Source: Candidatus Dojkabacteria bacterium (GTDB taxonomy: Bacteria; Patescibacteriota; Dojkabacteria; J137). From it: 64,000 nucleotides of DNA. The translations under genes and the position numbers were made by a program. The notes beneath the pieces were generated by a model. The model saw only the letters and a list, made by a program, of their open reading frames with translations, was not told the DNA's origin and did not search any database. This document shows positions 29,500 through 40,197 of this stretch, piece after piece (position 1 is the stretch's first letter; each line of letters starts with the position of its first letter). The DNA is taken from positions 20,228 to 84,227 of the forward strand of contig JAUZRK010000003.1 in NCBI GenBank assembly GCA_030950485.1. Direction: 5' to 3'.

Positions 29500-29777
29500 T
29501 GTTTATATTATAAAGTATTAAGTGCAGTATATACATGCACGCTTTATTGAACTTTGTATTACATTATTACTGTTAAGTTATAACTAGAATAAATGAATGT
29601 TGTTTAAGATTTATTAGGCGTGCAGATTGGACTAAGAAGTTTGTACGTAAATTCTCCCAGAGCATAATGATAAATGCTCTAGAAGTTCTCGACTTTTTGT
29701 TTCGAGTAAAATTATCATAAAAAATATTGCCTATATTAACTATAACGGTTAATATAAAAATATATTACACATAGTAA

Positions 29778-30618
29778 ATGAAATATAAAATTACTGCTTT
29801 AGCTGAAAATACAACTTTTAGACATAATGCTCTAGCTCAGCATGGTCAATCTATATTAATTGAAGCTGGAGATGAATATAAAATGCTATTTGATGTCGGA
29901 GAGATTCCGGGTGCTATTGAACATAATATGAAACAATTAAAAGTAGAATTAAATGATATTAATGACGTAGTAATTTCTCATAGACATATTGGTGCACTTA
30001 CAAACATGGTAAGTAATTTAAATGATCAGAGAGTATATTTACCGACGCAGCTTGGTGAAGAAGATATTAGAAATCATCCTGAAAAATATAATTTCCTACC
30101 TAAGAATCCAGACGGAGGATATGACTTAGCAAATATCTAAGGAGGATGCTTTACTTTTAAATGAGAAGCTTAATACTGTAGCTGTAGATAAAGAAGGTTT
30201 TGAAATTTCTCATAATATATATACTTCTGAAATTGCAGGTGATTGGATGGAAGAGCAAGCTATTGTTATCGATCAAAAAGAATTAGGAATAATTGTCATA
30301 GTAGGTTGCTCACATCCAACCTTAGAAGTTATGGTTGAAAAAGCAAAGATTACTACTGGAAATAATAAGGTAAGAGGAATAATAGGAGGTTTTCATCTTG
30401 CAGATAAAACAGAAGACGAGATCATTGAGTCTGCTAATAAATTCAAATCCTTTGGAATTGAGTTTATGGCTCCAGGTCACTGTACAACAGTTGGAGGATG
30501 TCAGATTTTAGAGAAAACCCTAGGAAGTGAAATCGTAAGATTATCTAAAACTGGAACATTTGCTACTGGTAATAATATAGAAATTAATGGCAGTGAGATT
30601 TTATTTAATTTTGTTTAA
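29778..30618 (+). pseudogene. MBL-fold metallo-hydrolase, frameshifted near 30133
   Basis: QHGQSILIE, LFDVG, VISHRH; downstream frame EEQA, GCSHP, GGFHL, PGHCT. Confidence 0.8.
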
Positions 30619-30629
30619 ACAGTAATTTT

Positions 30630-31247
30630 ATGAGAGATGATATCAAATTAGTATCTTTTGATATGTCAGGTACATTAGTTCTCGGATCAGGTTCAAACTC
30701 TGGAGCTAAATTAGTAGGCAGAGGAGATTTCTATGATAAAAATAAAAGTCTATACCAAGATGGAAGTATAACTATGCAAGAATTTCTTACAGGAACATTT
30801 GCTGAATGGGAAGGTTTAAGTATCTCTAAGTTGCCTGAAATAATTGAATCATTTACTTTTAGAGAGAATGCAGAAGAAACTGTTAAAGCTGTTAAAAAGA
30901 AAGGCTATAAAACAGCATTCTTAACAAACGTACCTATTCAATTAAGTATGCTGCTGAAAGAAATGTTTGAGTTTGATTTTGTAGCTGGTACTAATTTAGA
31001 AGTGATAGATAATAAATTTACAGGAAAAATTTTAGAGTATGCAGGTGATAAAGTTGCTTCTTTAGGTAAGATATTAAATACTGCTGGATTAGATTATAAA
31101 GATGTTGTTCATATCGGTGACAGAAGAGATGATGCAGAGGTATTTGAAAAAGTGTCTTTCGGAATTGCAATTAGTGATGATGATTATGTTAATTCTGTAG
31201 CTGATTACCAAATAGAGAAAATAGAAGAGGTTCTAGAAATTCTTTAG
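30630..31247 (+). CDS. HAD-superfamily phosphatase (SerB-like, IB)
   Basis: FDMSGTL motif I, K motif III, IGDRRDD motif IV. Confidence 0.82.
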   Translation: MRDDIKLVSFDMSGTLVLGSGSNSGAKLVGRGDFYDKNKSLYQDGSITMQEFLTGTFAEWEGLSISKLPEIIESFTFRENAEETVKAVKKKGYKTAFLTNVPIQLSMLLKEMFEFDFVAGTNLEVIDNKFTGKILEYAGDKVASLGKILNTAGLDYKDVVHIGDRRDDAEVFEKVSFGIAISDDDYVNSVADYQIEKIEEVLEIL

Positions 31248-31260
31248 AAATTAATAACGA

Positions 31261-31291
31261 AGCTAATTAAGTAAGCATTACTTAATTAGCT
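31261..31291. terminator. Hairpin between convergent genes
   Basis: AGCTAATTAAGTAA-gca-TTACTTAATTAGCT 14-bp stem. Confidence 0.6.
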
Positions 31292-31315
31292 TTGATTAAA
31301 TTTATCCATAAATTT

Positions 31316-31447
31316 TTATTCAACTTTACTACTTTTCTCCTCACCATTATTTACTTCAGAAATTAACTTTCTCTTACCCAAGTAATATCCAGAAGCAAAA
31401 ACTCCTCCAATAAAAATAAAATGTAGTAAAAAAACTATAATACTCAT
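31316..31447 (-). CDS. 43-aa single-TM small protein (not in ORF track)
   Basis: MSIIVFLLHFIFIGGVFASGYYLGKRKLISEVNNGEEKSSKVE; fills the gap before the hairpin. Confidence 0.55.
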   Translation of the reverse strand: MSIIVFLLHFIFIGGVFASGYYLGKRKLISEVNNGEEKSSKVE

Positions 31448-31485
31448 AGGTTATAATAATAAAACTTTAAACATGATACAAGAAT

Positions 31486-32436
31486 ATGGGTTTACTTAGA
31501 AGTTACTTACGAAAAAAAGCTTATAGTGTAAAAGAAAGCCCTGTTAAATCTAGTACTCAGTTTTATCTAAATAAGGTAGAAAGTGTTATTAGTATAGAGA
31601 ATCTCGAGGAAGCTGAAGAAGATATGAATAAATATTATCTTAATAGTAAGTGGGCATACTCATTGTTTCACACACATGATAACTTTCATCACTTTGCTTT
31701 ATGTAACGGAAAAGTTGTAAAACGAGAAGATTACGAAACGCAACCTAAACTAATATCTGAATATATAGAAAAAATTAAAGCTAAAAATGTTCTTGAACTA
31801 TCAAGTGGTCAAGGAGCGAATAGCTATTATCTTGCTAACAAGTTTCCTGACACCCATTTTAAAGCAATTGATTTAATACAAACTCCTGAAGAAAAAGTTC
31901 TCAAATTGAAAAACTTTCAGTTCCAAAATGGAGATTATCACGATTTGTCTAAGTACAGGGAAAATAGTTTGGATTTAGTTTTTATAATTGAAGCACTTTG
32001 TCATTCTAGCACTCCCAAAATAGTTATCGATCAAGTTTATAGTGTATTGAAGCCTGGAGGATATTTTATTATTTTTGATGGATATAGAAGAAGAGAAATT
32101 AGTGAGTTAAATAACTTAGATAAGAAAATACTGACCTTAAGTGAACACGCTATGGCTTTGAATGAGATGTTTAATATTGTTAAATTTAATACTTTATTAA
32201 AATCATCAAATTTTGAAGTTTCAAAAAGCACAGACTATTCAGATAAGGTAATACCTAACTTAATTAAGTTAGAGTATTTGGCAAGAATGTATTATAAGTT
32301 TCCAAAGATCGCAAAACTTGTTAATAGATTCATTTCTAAAGAAGTTGTTCAGAATTCTATAACTGGATTATTTTTAAGAACTTTGGTTGAGAAAGAGATC
32401 ACTGGTTATTATGGTCATATTCTTAGGAAATTTTAA
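31486..32436 (+). CDS. Class I SAM-dependent methyltransferase
   Basis: VLELSSGQG, AIDL, GDYHDL, IEALCH, LKPGG.F. Confidence 0.88.
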   Translation: MGLLRSYLRKKAYSVKESPVKSSTQFYLNKVESVISIENLEEAEEDMNKYYLNSKWAYSLFHTHDNFHHFALCNGKVVKREDYETQPKLISEYIEKIKAKNVLELSSGQGANSYYLANKFPDTHFKAIDLIQTPEEKVLKLKNFQFQNGDYHDLSKYRENSLDLVFIIEALCHSSTPKIVIDQVYSVLKPGGYFIIFDGYRRREISELNNLDKKILTLSEHAMALNEMFNIVKFNTLLKSSNFEVSKSTDYSDKVIPNLIKLEYLARMYYKFPKIAKLVNRFISKEVVQNSITGLFLRTLVEKEITGYYGHILRKF

Positions 32437-32440
32437 TCTA

Positions 32441-34123
32441 TTACTGTATTTTCATTCCCCAGACCATCTGCCTTGAAACAATAAGTGTAGGTACGACTTT
32501 TTCAAATTGTCTATCATACAGACCTACTCTATCTTCAAGAGAAGTTCTATAATTTGGATCTGCACTATAGCCACCAGTATAATGAAGTCCAACACCATAA
32601 CCCTGACCATGAATATAACTTTCAGATAACCCTCTATTTCCATCCTCAAGTTGAATGAATGAAATTTCTTCTCCAAGATAGTCCTGAATATAGTATATAA
32701 GTTTGTTGTAAACCATTCCTAAAGTTTGAGGTCCATCATATGTAGTTGCCATAAACTTTCTACCAGATTTGGTCTGAACCTTAATATTCCAAGTACCTGG
32801 CATTTCGCCTGCTGCGAATCTCGCATCTTCCTGACTTATACCTAGATCTGCAACATAATCAACTAACCATTGTGGCCATTCACTACTATTATATCTGAAT
32901 ATTTGTCGATTTAAATGAGCTATATGTTCGGAATTATTAGGATTGAAAGTTTTCTCACTTCGAACTATATCAATTTGAGTAAATGAAGTAGCATCTCCCT
33001 TGTTAAATTGTCTGTCTAATCTATTTATTAATTCATTTACAATTCTTAATGTAGTACCATCAACAAACTCAAGTCTTTCATCTATAATTATTGATCCGCC
33101 AGAAAAAAACATTCCCATCCTCTCTCGATCAACTACAAGACGCTCTCCCTCGCTATTTAAAAACAGAGAAATATTTATATTAGATCTGATAATCTCTCCT
33201 AATTCGGTGCTATTAGTTAAATGAATTACATTAATAAACTTTGATACTGCAGATATTGATTCTGAATAGTCATTTGCAATATAGTAAGGACTTTCTAAAT
33301 TTAGGAGTAAGCTATTATATTCGCTCTCAGTAAAACCATCTAAGTTGTTAAATATTAAAACTCTATTCAAAAGATCAATATTTATATGATATTCGTTTAT
33401 ACTTAGATTCATACTACCTGCAAAATCCTGTCTTTGGTCTTCAGGTGAATAATTTGATGTTAAATTTGATATTCCTACTCCTGGAAAATCAGCATTTTCA
33501 TAAACCGGAACTGATCCAACTAGTGTACTTTCTTCAGCCCCATAATATCTCGTCTTACTAAAGTTCTTTGGTACAAATAAAGTTGGAACATCATTTTCTC
33601 CGTTCATTTGGCTCCAATTACTTGGAACGTATGTATAGCTCTGGGGATACGGCAAAGTCATTATTTGAGAAAAGCCTGAGTATTCATATAAAATATGCTG
33701 TCCTTGATTTAGGAATAATTGAGATATTTGTTCAATTTCGTTAACGAAAAAGCAAAAAGCTTCTACACCTGGTTTAATCTCAAAAACACCTAGACTACCA
33801 TCAGGATTCACGACAAGACCTTCATTAAAAGTTCGCGGATAAGGGCCTGTGATCTTAACTTCCTTAAATTCACCAAAAGGATCTATTGAAGGATGTGAAT
33901 CAGCTACTGCAATAACCTCTATTCCATCACTAGCTTCAACCTTAGCCCCGCCTAATGATAAATAAGTCGCAAGACCTCCTATAGCTGCGCCAGTCCCTAA
34001 AGCAAGACACCCACGCCTATTCATCATGTATAAATCAGGATATATTGGCTTCCCAGTATCGGTAAGTAGACTCTCTCCTACAATGACTTTATGGCCAGTT
34101 TGATTATCAGTAAATTCATCCAT
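32441..34123 (-). CDS. Hypothetical exported protein with twin-arginine-like signal
   Basis: 560-aa ORF; NRRGCLALG + hydrophobic stretch + VEA. Confidence 0.6.
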   Translation of the reverse strand: MDEFTDNQTGHKVIVGESLLTDTGKPIYPDLYMMNRRGCLALGTGAAIGGLATYLSLGGAKVEASDGIEVIAVADSHPSIDPFGEFKEVKITGPYPRTFNEGLVVNPDGSLGVFEIKPGVEAFCFFVNEIEQISQLFLNQGQHILYEYSGFSQIMTLPYPQSYTYVPSNWSQMNGENDVPTLFVPKNFSKTRYYGAEESTLVGSVPVYENADFPGVGISNLTSNYSPEDQRQDFAGSMNLSINEYHINIDLLNRVLIFNNLDGFTESEYNSLLLNLESPYYIANDYSESISAVSKFINVIHLTNSTELGEIIRSNINISLFLNSEGERLVVDRERMGMFFSGGSIIIDERLEFVDGTTLRIVNELINRLDRQFNKGDATSFTQIDIVRSEKTFNPNNSEHIAHLNRQIFRYNSSEWPQWLVDYVADLGISQEDARFAAGEMPGTWNIKVQTKSGRKFMATTYDGPQTLGMVYNKLIYYIQDYLGEEISFIQLEDGNRGLSESYIHGQGYGVGLHYTGGYSADPNYRTSLEDRVGLYDRQFEKVVPTLIVSRQMVWGMKIQ

Positions 34124-34159
34124 ATATAATTATATCATAAGCTGCCATTTTAAGGCACC

Positions 34160-34978
34160 TTATATAGCAATATCTCCGACTCGAGTTCTTCTCAAATTCA
34201 ACAAAGTAGCAGCAACGCCTAATTTATCTCCAATATCTACAGCTAACTGTCTAATATATATCCCTTTTGAAGCGAAAATTCGAACTTTTGCAGTTTTAAA
34301 TGAAGATATATTAATATCTTGAAGGTTTTCATCTTTAAGCTCTTTTTTTAGATCTTCTTTAGTAATTTCATTAATTTCAAGCAACTCCATCTCATAAACT
34401 TTCAAATGCTTTAAAGGTAACTCAACCTCTTTTTTTAAATCATCTCCATTAAAAAATTTAACGATCTTTGAATTTTGATTTTTGCCTTTTGACTTATCTC
34501 CCATTATTTCAAACTTTTCATACTTTCTAGCTAAAACTCTCAATTTATCACCTTTAACTTTTACAGAACTATATACTGGGACAAACTGATTATATTTTCC
34601 TATGAAGCTTTCAAGCACAATTTTGATTTTTTCATTTTCAATATTCTTTGTAATTTTGAATTTGTCATTTGTGATTTCTCCTTCTATATCTCCCGTATCT
34701 GTTCCAATTTCAAATAATATCTCTGCTTCATATTCTTTATCCATATTTAGAAATTGATCGCTCAGCTTTGTTGCCTTACCAACTAGTACTATAAGTAGTC
34801 CTGTTGCAAATGGATCTAGAGTTCCTGCATGACCTACCTGCCTCGTTCCATACTTTATTCTTGATTCATCAACAATGTCGTGTGATGTCTTCCATTTAGG
34901 CTTATCTATAATTTCTACTCCACTCCATCTCCCAAATTCGTCTTGTTTTAGTTTGTGATTTACAATTAGGTTATTCAT
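34160..34978 (-). CDS. truB: tRNA pseudouridine(55) synthase
   Basis: IDKP..TSHD, VGHAGTLDPFATGLL, KEY, SKGIYIR.LA.DIG, LRRT.VG; start taken at MNNL. Confidence 0.95.
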   Translation of the reverse strand: MNNLIVNHKLKQDEFGRWSGVEIIDKPKWKTSHDIVDESRIKYGTRQVGHAGTLDPFATGLLIVLVGKATKLSDQFLNMDKEYEAEILFEIGTDTGDIEGEITNDKFKITKNIENEKIKIVLESFIGKYNQFVPVYSSVKVKGDKLRVLARKYEKFEIMGDKSKGKNQNSKIVKFFNGDDLKKEVELPLKHLKVYEMELLEINEITKEDLKKELKDENLQDINISSFKTAKVRIFASKGIYIRQLAVDIGDKLGVAATLLNLRRTRVGDIAI

Positions 34979-35095
34979 TGTCCGATTATACACTGTATTA
35001 AAGATAAACTCAGTAAACCTATGGTAATACTATAGTTAAAGCAATAGTATATACAATTGTATTACCTCTTATTTCTCCATTTCATACTTTATGAA

Positions 35096-35830
35096 CTAGA
35101 AAAAACACTCAAACTTAAACATATCCTCACCCGCTACAGGACATACTCCATTTGTCCTTCTTTGAAGAAAATCCGTTTCTTGTATTTTTGTTTTTGAGTC
35201 TAAAAAGTTCGTTGGTTTATACTCATGACTCGATATAGACCAGGCCTGAATTAAAAATATATAGGTAATTAAAAGAATACTTAACAAACTAGCTAAGTTT
35301 TTAAAACTAGATTTATTTGATCTTTCATTTTTATCACCCTCGATATTTTTCTCTGTCGAAGCTTTTATATAGAAAGCAAACATAGATCCTATTCCAAAAC
35401 CAAATAGTCCACCAGTTATAAATCTCATTAGGTTATTACTAATGTAAAAACTTGTACTCGAAAGATCTCCGTTAGTACCTATATTTTGTAAAGTTCCAAA
35501 TGTTTGAATCCCTCCATCTATAACTATAGGTATTAGTAGTAGAAAATAATATTTGAATTTTATATTATTCAATACTGATAGCCTTATTGAAATAGCAGCT
35601 AATAGCCAGCCAAACCAAATACCAGTGTCTCTTGCGCACCATGCGTATTGGTTGTCAAAAAGATGTAGTGATCTTGTATGAAATTGATGACAAAAGAAAC
35701 TGTAAAAGAAATAGATTGGCTTTGCTACACCGTCTAATCCAAAGTGTGAAAATATAGGAGCAAGTAGCGGTAATGCAAAGAGAATCGTGAGAAATATTAT
35801 ATAGTAATCAAAAATATTTATTTTTTTCAT
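35096..35830 (-). CDS. DUF2085-like membrane protein
   Basis: FCHQ...RS, CARDTGI, IDG..Q, N.MRFITG.LFG. Confidence 0.8.
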   Translation of the reverse strand: MKKINIFDYYIIFLTILFALPLLAPIFSHFGLDGVAKPIYFFYSFFCHQFHTRSLHLFDNQYAWCARDTGIWFGWLLAAISIRLSVLNNIKFKYYFLLLIPIVIDGGIQTFGTLQNIGTNGDLSSTSFYISNNLMRFITGGLFGFGIGSMFAFYIKASTEKNIEGDKNERSNKSSFKNLASLLSILLITYIFLIQAWSISSHEYKPTNFLDSKTKIQETDFLQRRTNGVCPVAGEDMFKFECFF

Positions 35831-35970
35831 TTAAACAGAGAAAACTGTAGTTAATACGACAGTATAAACGATTGTATTACGATTGTCTTAATTATTGACT
35901 TGCCTTTGATTTTATTCGCAATTATTCTGCTCATATTTTTCATTCTTTATCTCTTCTAACCAATGTTTTT

Positions 35971-36033
35971 TTGTTATTTGTTATTTGTTATTTGTTATTT
36001 GCCATTTTTACTTTGGACTTTCTACTTTTTACT
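35971..36033. repeat. Heptanucleotide tandem repeat tract
   Basis: (TTGTTAT)x4 TTGCCAT TTTTACT TTGGACT TTCTACT TTTTACT, nine in-phase 7-mers. Confidence 0.75.
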
Positions 36034-36425
36034 TATCCCCCTGTGCCTTCTGCTTCTTCTTCAAAATCTAATGCTACTGAATTTATACAATAATACATTC
36101 CTCCCTTTTTTGGATAATCAGGAAATACATGGCCAAGGTGAGCCTTGCAATTAGAACACTGTACTTCAATTCTATCTAAGCCATGACTTAAGTCTTTAGT
36201 TAATATAAGCTTAGATTTGTCAGCTACATCGCTAAAACTTGGCCAACCAGATCCTGAATCAAATTTATCATCTGATTTAAAAAGTACTTCTCCACATGCC
36301 TTACATTTATAAACACCTTCGTCCTTATTATCAAGATATTTACCAGTAAAAGGTATCTCAGTCCCCTTTTCAACTAAGACTCTATATTCCTCATCTGTTA
36401 ACTTCTTCTTTAAATCTTCGTCCAT
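36033..36425 (-). CDS. msrB: Peptide-methionine (R)-S-oxide reductase
   Basis: GTE.PFTG, KFDSGSGWPSF, HLGHVF.D, YCINS. Confidence 0.96.
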   Translation of the reverse strand: MDEDLKKKLTDEEYRVLVEKGTEIPFTGKYLDNKDEGVYKCKACGEVLFKSDDKFDSGSGWPSFSDVADKSKLILTKDLSHGLDRIEVQCSNCKAHLGHVFPDYPKKGGMYYCINSVALDFEEEAEGTGG

Positions 36426-36434
36426 GGATATAGT

Positions 36435-37043
36435 TTACGTTTGAATTATAATAATTTCATCATCGTTCATTATTACTACTTTATTTGAAGTATTTCTCTT
36501 ATACTCTTCTAAAATTTGTTTATATTCATCTATGTAGTGAGGAAATAATTCAAAACTTAATACATTTAAAGCATCAAAACTAGTTATTCCTACACCCTCA
36601 TTTTCTTGAAATGGAGGATAATCAGCACGTTTCATTGATGGTGTCAGAACCATTGCTCCAGCTGAAAAGCCTGCAAATATATTACCCTCTTCTCTAATAA
36701 AGTTTTTTATTGAGTTAAAGTAATTATTTTCTCGAAGATTTTTTAAAAGTCTACAACCATTCCCTCCAGTAATTAAGATTAAGTTGCATGACTGTATTTT
36801 TTTTCTTTCAGAATCTAAATCTTTATCTATTTCTATAAAGATAAATTCAGAATTGTTTCTCTCACACATCACTTCCCAGTCTTTCATATATTTCTTAACT
36901 TTCTCAGGCATTAATGATCCGTCAGGGTTAATATATGCCAATCTCTTATTCTCTAAAGACTCTGGAAAAAGATGTTTTTCTACTTTATCTATTGTTGCCG
37001 AATTAGGCATTGAAAATAAAATCAGTTTCATATTTGATTTCAT
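36435..37043 (-). CDS. Peptidase E / S51-like protein
   Basis: ITGGN, GFSAGA nucleophile elbow, FPHY. Confidence 0.85.
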   Translation of the reverse strand: MKSNMKLILFSMPNSATIDKVEKHLFPESLENKRLAYINPDGSLMPEKVKKYMKDWEVMCERNNSEFIFIEIDKDLDSERKKIQSCNLILITGGNGCRLLKNLRENNYFNSIKNFIREEGNIFAGFSAGAMVLTPSMKRADYPPFQENEGVGITSFDALNVLSFELFPHYIDEYKQILEEYKRNTSNKVVIMNDDEIIIIQT

Positions 37044-37127
37044 TACTAAAATTTGTAACTGTATTACTATCGCGTTCTACTATATTACTACTGTCTTACC
37101 ATTCTTTCTCATTGCCTTTTCTCCTTC

Positions 37128-37502
37128 CTACTCTTCCAAATACTCCTTAATTGCGCCGAGATAATAATCACTCCACCCATCTTCAAATTCCTCTTCCTCA
37201 TCCTCCGGGACGTTCTCATGAGTAAGTTCAACAATTGTCAGATCCCCTTCTTCAATAAGCGCAAAAGTAACATACGAAGGCTCTTCCCAATCTCCGCCAT
37301 ACCACTCTTGTACTAACTTTTTATTAGCCTCAACTTCAATATTCTTCCCCCATATATCCCCTCCCCAAAGACTAAACTCTCCATCTTCTGAATCATCCAT
37401 TTCGGCAGGTCCAGCTCCCCAGTCTTCCATTGTTTCAGGATTAGTCAATGCATCCCAAACTTCATCAATAGTTGCATTTATTCTATATGTTTGTTTTATC
37501 AT
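37128..37502 (-). CDS. SRPBCC/AHSA1 domain protein
   Basis: VWDALT.P..W, LVQEW, LTH..VP, GW..YY. Confidence 0.85.
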   Translation of the reverse strand: MIKQTYRINATIDEVWDALTNPETMEDWGAGPAEMDDSEDGEFSLWGGDIWGKNIEVEANKKLVQEWYGGDWEEPSYVTFALIEEGDLTIVELTHENVPEDEEEEFEDGWSDYYLGAIKEYLEE

Positions 37503-37554
37503 ATTAAAAAAGTTAAGAGTTTTATATTTAGTGTTCTGTTTTAAAAGTCGCTAA

Positions 37555-38298
37555 CTATCCTATAATACTTCCTTCAAATGGTAAATTATTTAAAGCTTTA
37601 TTAATATCCTCGAAATCATAACCATGAAGTATAAAAATCTTAATTCCTGACTCTTTAGCATCTTTAGCTGCAATTGGATCTAATGGATAGTGTGCACCAG
37701 GTTTATGTTCATTAGTCCCAATAATATTAAAGTATTCTTCCCAACTTAATTTATCTATTCTTTCTGCTTCAAAGTCAATATTAGGATCTGCGGTATAAAC
37801 TCCATCTACGTCCTTTAAATCAAAAACAATACCTGTCTTTAAAATTTTCGCCATCTGAACAGCATTCCAGTCATTGCTCAAACCTGGTCTTGATGGAGCA
37901 GTTAAAATTACTTTTGTATCATTAAAATAAGTTGAAAGTTTTGCGTTCAAGATATTAGTCCCGCTATTAATTAAATCATCAAATTCCTGATACCGAATCA
38001 CTTGTTTATAAACCAAGTTATCTAATCTAGCATGTAGTAGTTCAGCATTTAAATTTGTAGTTGAAACACCAATTTTATGTAGATCATTAGTATCTTTCTC
38101 CCCTTTTTCACGGGCATAGTTCATATACTTTCTTGTAATAAAACCACCGCCTACATTTAGAGCTACGTTATACCCATTTGATGTTAATTCTTTTAAAAAG
38201 TTTTTTAATTTATCAGCGTATTCGTAATCGAAGAGTGTTTCTTCTGACCTAGATAGAAGTGAGCCGCCAACTTTTATTACTATATATTTATTATTCAT
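37555..38298 (-). CDS. pyrH: UMP kinase (archaeal-like subtype)
   Basis: VIKVGGS, VGGG, DVDGVYTADP, PG...DPIAA. Confidence 0.82.
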   Translation of the reverse strand: MNNKYIVIKVGGSLLSRSEETLFDYEYADKLKNFLKELTSNGYNVALNVGGGFITRKYMNYAREKGEKDTNDLHKIGVSTTNLNAELLHARLDNLVYKQVIRYQEFDDLINSGTNILNAKLSTYFNDTKVILTAPSRPGLSNDWNAVQMAKILKTGIVFDLKDVDGVYTADPNIDFEAERIDKLSWEEYFNIIGTNEHKPGAHYPLDPIAAKDAKESGIKIFILHGYDFEDINKALNNLPFEGSIIG

Positions 38299-38346
38299 AA
38301 AAAAATAATACAGTTAAAAGAATAATTAATCTACAGAAATAGAAAA

Positions 38347-40136
38347 TTAAATTATTGATTTCGCAGCTGAGAAAATTGCATAAGGTACTCTAGCTGGAGA
38401 AATGCTTATGCTGTCGACTTTAGCTTTATTTACTAAAAAGTCTATAGAATCATTCTCTGAAGTCTGTTCTCCACAAACACTAATATGGATACTAGGATTT
38501 GCTTTTCTCGCCTTTTTGACTACATCTAATATTAATTGCCTACTCCCTCAATATCTAATGATACAAATGGATTCTTAGAAATTATTCTTTTTTCTTTATA
38601 AAAGTCTAAGAAGTTAGCAGTATCATCTCTAGATAACCCAAAGGTTGTCTATGTAAGATCATTAGTACCAAAACTAATAAAATCAACCTCTTTTGCTATT
38701 TCACTCGCTAATATTGCAGCACGTGGAGTTTCAACCATTGCTCCAAATCTAAATTTATCAAGCTCAATGTACTTATTTACTTCAACTTTAAATAATCTAA
38801 GTTCAGCAGTATCTGAAATTAATGGTGCCTCTATTACAATCTTAGGAGTTTTAATTTTATTCTTTTGTAATTTTGATATGGCCTTATTTATAGCTTTAGT
38901 TTGAATCTCTATAATTTCTGGTCTTTTTAATAACATTCTTATTCCTCTAAATCCTAACATAGGATTTTGCTCGTGCATGAATTCAATCTTAGATTTAAGA
39001 GAATTTACAGAAATACCTAATTTTTTTGATAATAATTTAACCTCGCTTTCGCCTTTTGGTATGAATTCATGTAAAGGTGCGTCTAAGAATCTTACTACAA
39101 CATCTTTACCCTCAAGCAGTTTAAAGATTGAATAGAAGTCCTTAGATTGACTACTTATTATTCGCTCCTTTAGTTCTTTAGAAGTTTCTTCACTAAAGAT
39201 AAGTTCCCTAATTAAATTTGCATTATCTCCCGTAAACATATGCTCCGTTCTTAACAAACCTATTCCTTCAGCCCTATATTGCAGTGCTGTTTTAATTTGA
39301 TCGCTTGTATCTGAATTTGATAAGACTTTAATAGTTTTATTTTTAACGGAAATATCAATAAATCTAGAAATAAATTTCTTATCTATTGCACTTGTTAATT
39401 TTGCCTTTCCTAAATATATTGTAGAAAGAGAGGTATCTATTGTTATAGTTTCTCCCTCGTATTTTTTAATAGATTCAAAATCTACATTTGTAAGAGTAGG
39501 TACTCCGAGTCCTTTAGCAACTACGGCAGCGTGTGATGTTATTCCTGCGGAGTTTAGTAGTAATCCCTTAACTTTACCAAAAACTTTAAGATCTTCAGCG
39601 GATACTTCCTTTAAAAACCAAATTGCATCTTGTTTCTGCTTTAATAAGCTAAGTGTATTTTCTTTACTTGTTGATAGAATCCCACTTACTGCACCTGTTG
39701 ATATTTCATCTGCTGTAGTTATTTTTTTAAGTTCTTTTGCATTAGAAATTTTTTTAACAAAGAAATCTTTATATATATCTAGTGTTGTTAGGTTTAATAA
39801 GTCTGTTTCAGTTATTAGCTTACTATCTAAATATTCAAAATATGTATTTCCGAATTCTTTCGTAGATAATTTTGCTTTCTTCTTGATTATTATTTTATAT
39901 TCTAAATTCTTGAAATTTATTAATATTAAAAATTCAATAAGAGATTTTTCTTTATACTCTTCTTCCTTTAGTAGTCCAACAATTATATTTTTAAGCTCAG
40001 TAGGAATAGAATTAAAGCTATATACTTTATCATCATTAAACGACAGTAGATTTGCTCTAGGTTCAACTTTACCCGTAAGTGTATCTCGAGAGAAAACTGA
40101 TCCGAAGTGTGTATAATCTATGTTATTTTTCGTCAT
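38347..40136 (-). pseudogene. Pyruvate phosphate dikinase-like protein (phospho-His + PEP/pyruvate barrel), no intact N-terminal ATP-grasp domain; in-frame TAG at 38649-38651 and frameshift near 38540
   Basis: GITSHAAVVA, GIGLLRTEHMF, LDAPLHEF, EQNPMLGFRG, MVETPRA, SFGTNDLT*TTFGLSRDD, then VCGEQ...SISPARVP to TAA 38347. Confidence 0.8.
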
Positions 40137-40197
40137 TAACTATGTTATGATTGAGTGATTTTATCACGATAGTATTTATCTTGAAATCTAAAAATAA

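Noticed and set aside
35971-36033. CRISPR array
   Set aside because: 7-nt tandem units without spacers; no cas genes in the window
18251-38651. Stop-codon reassignment (TAA/TAG to Gln) to explain in-frame stops in the ATP-grasp and PPDK genes
   Set aside because: Conserved ribosomal genes end correctly at TAA and TAG, and both genes also carry frameshifts; single C-to-T changes or errors are simpler
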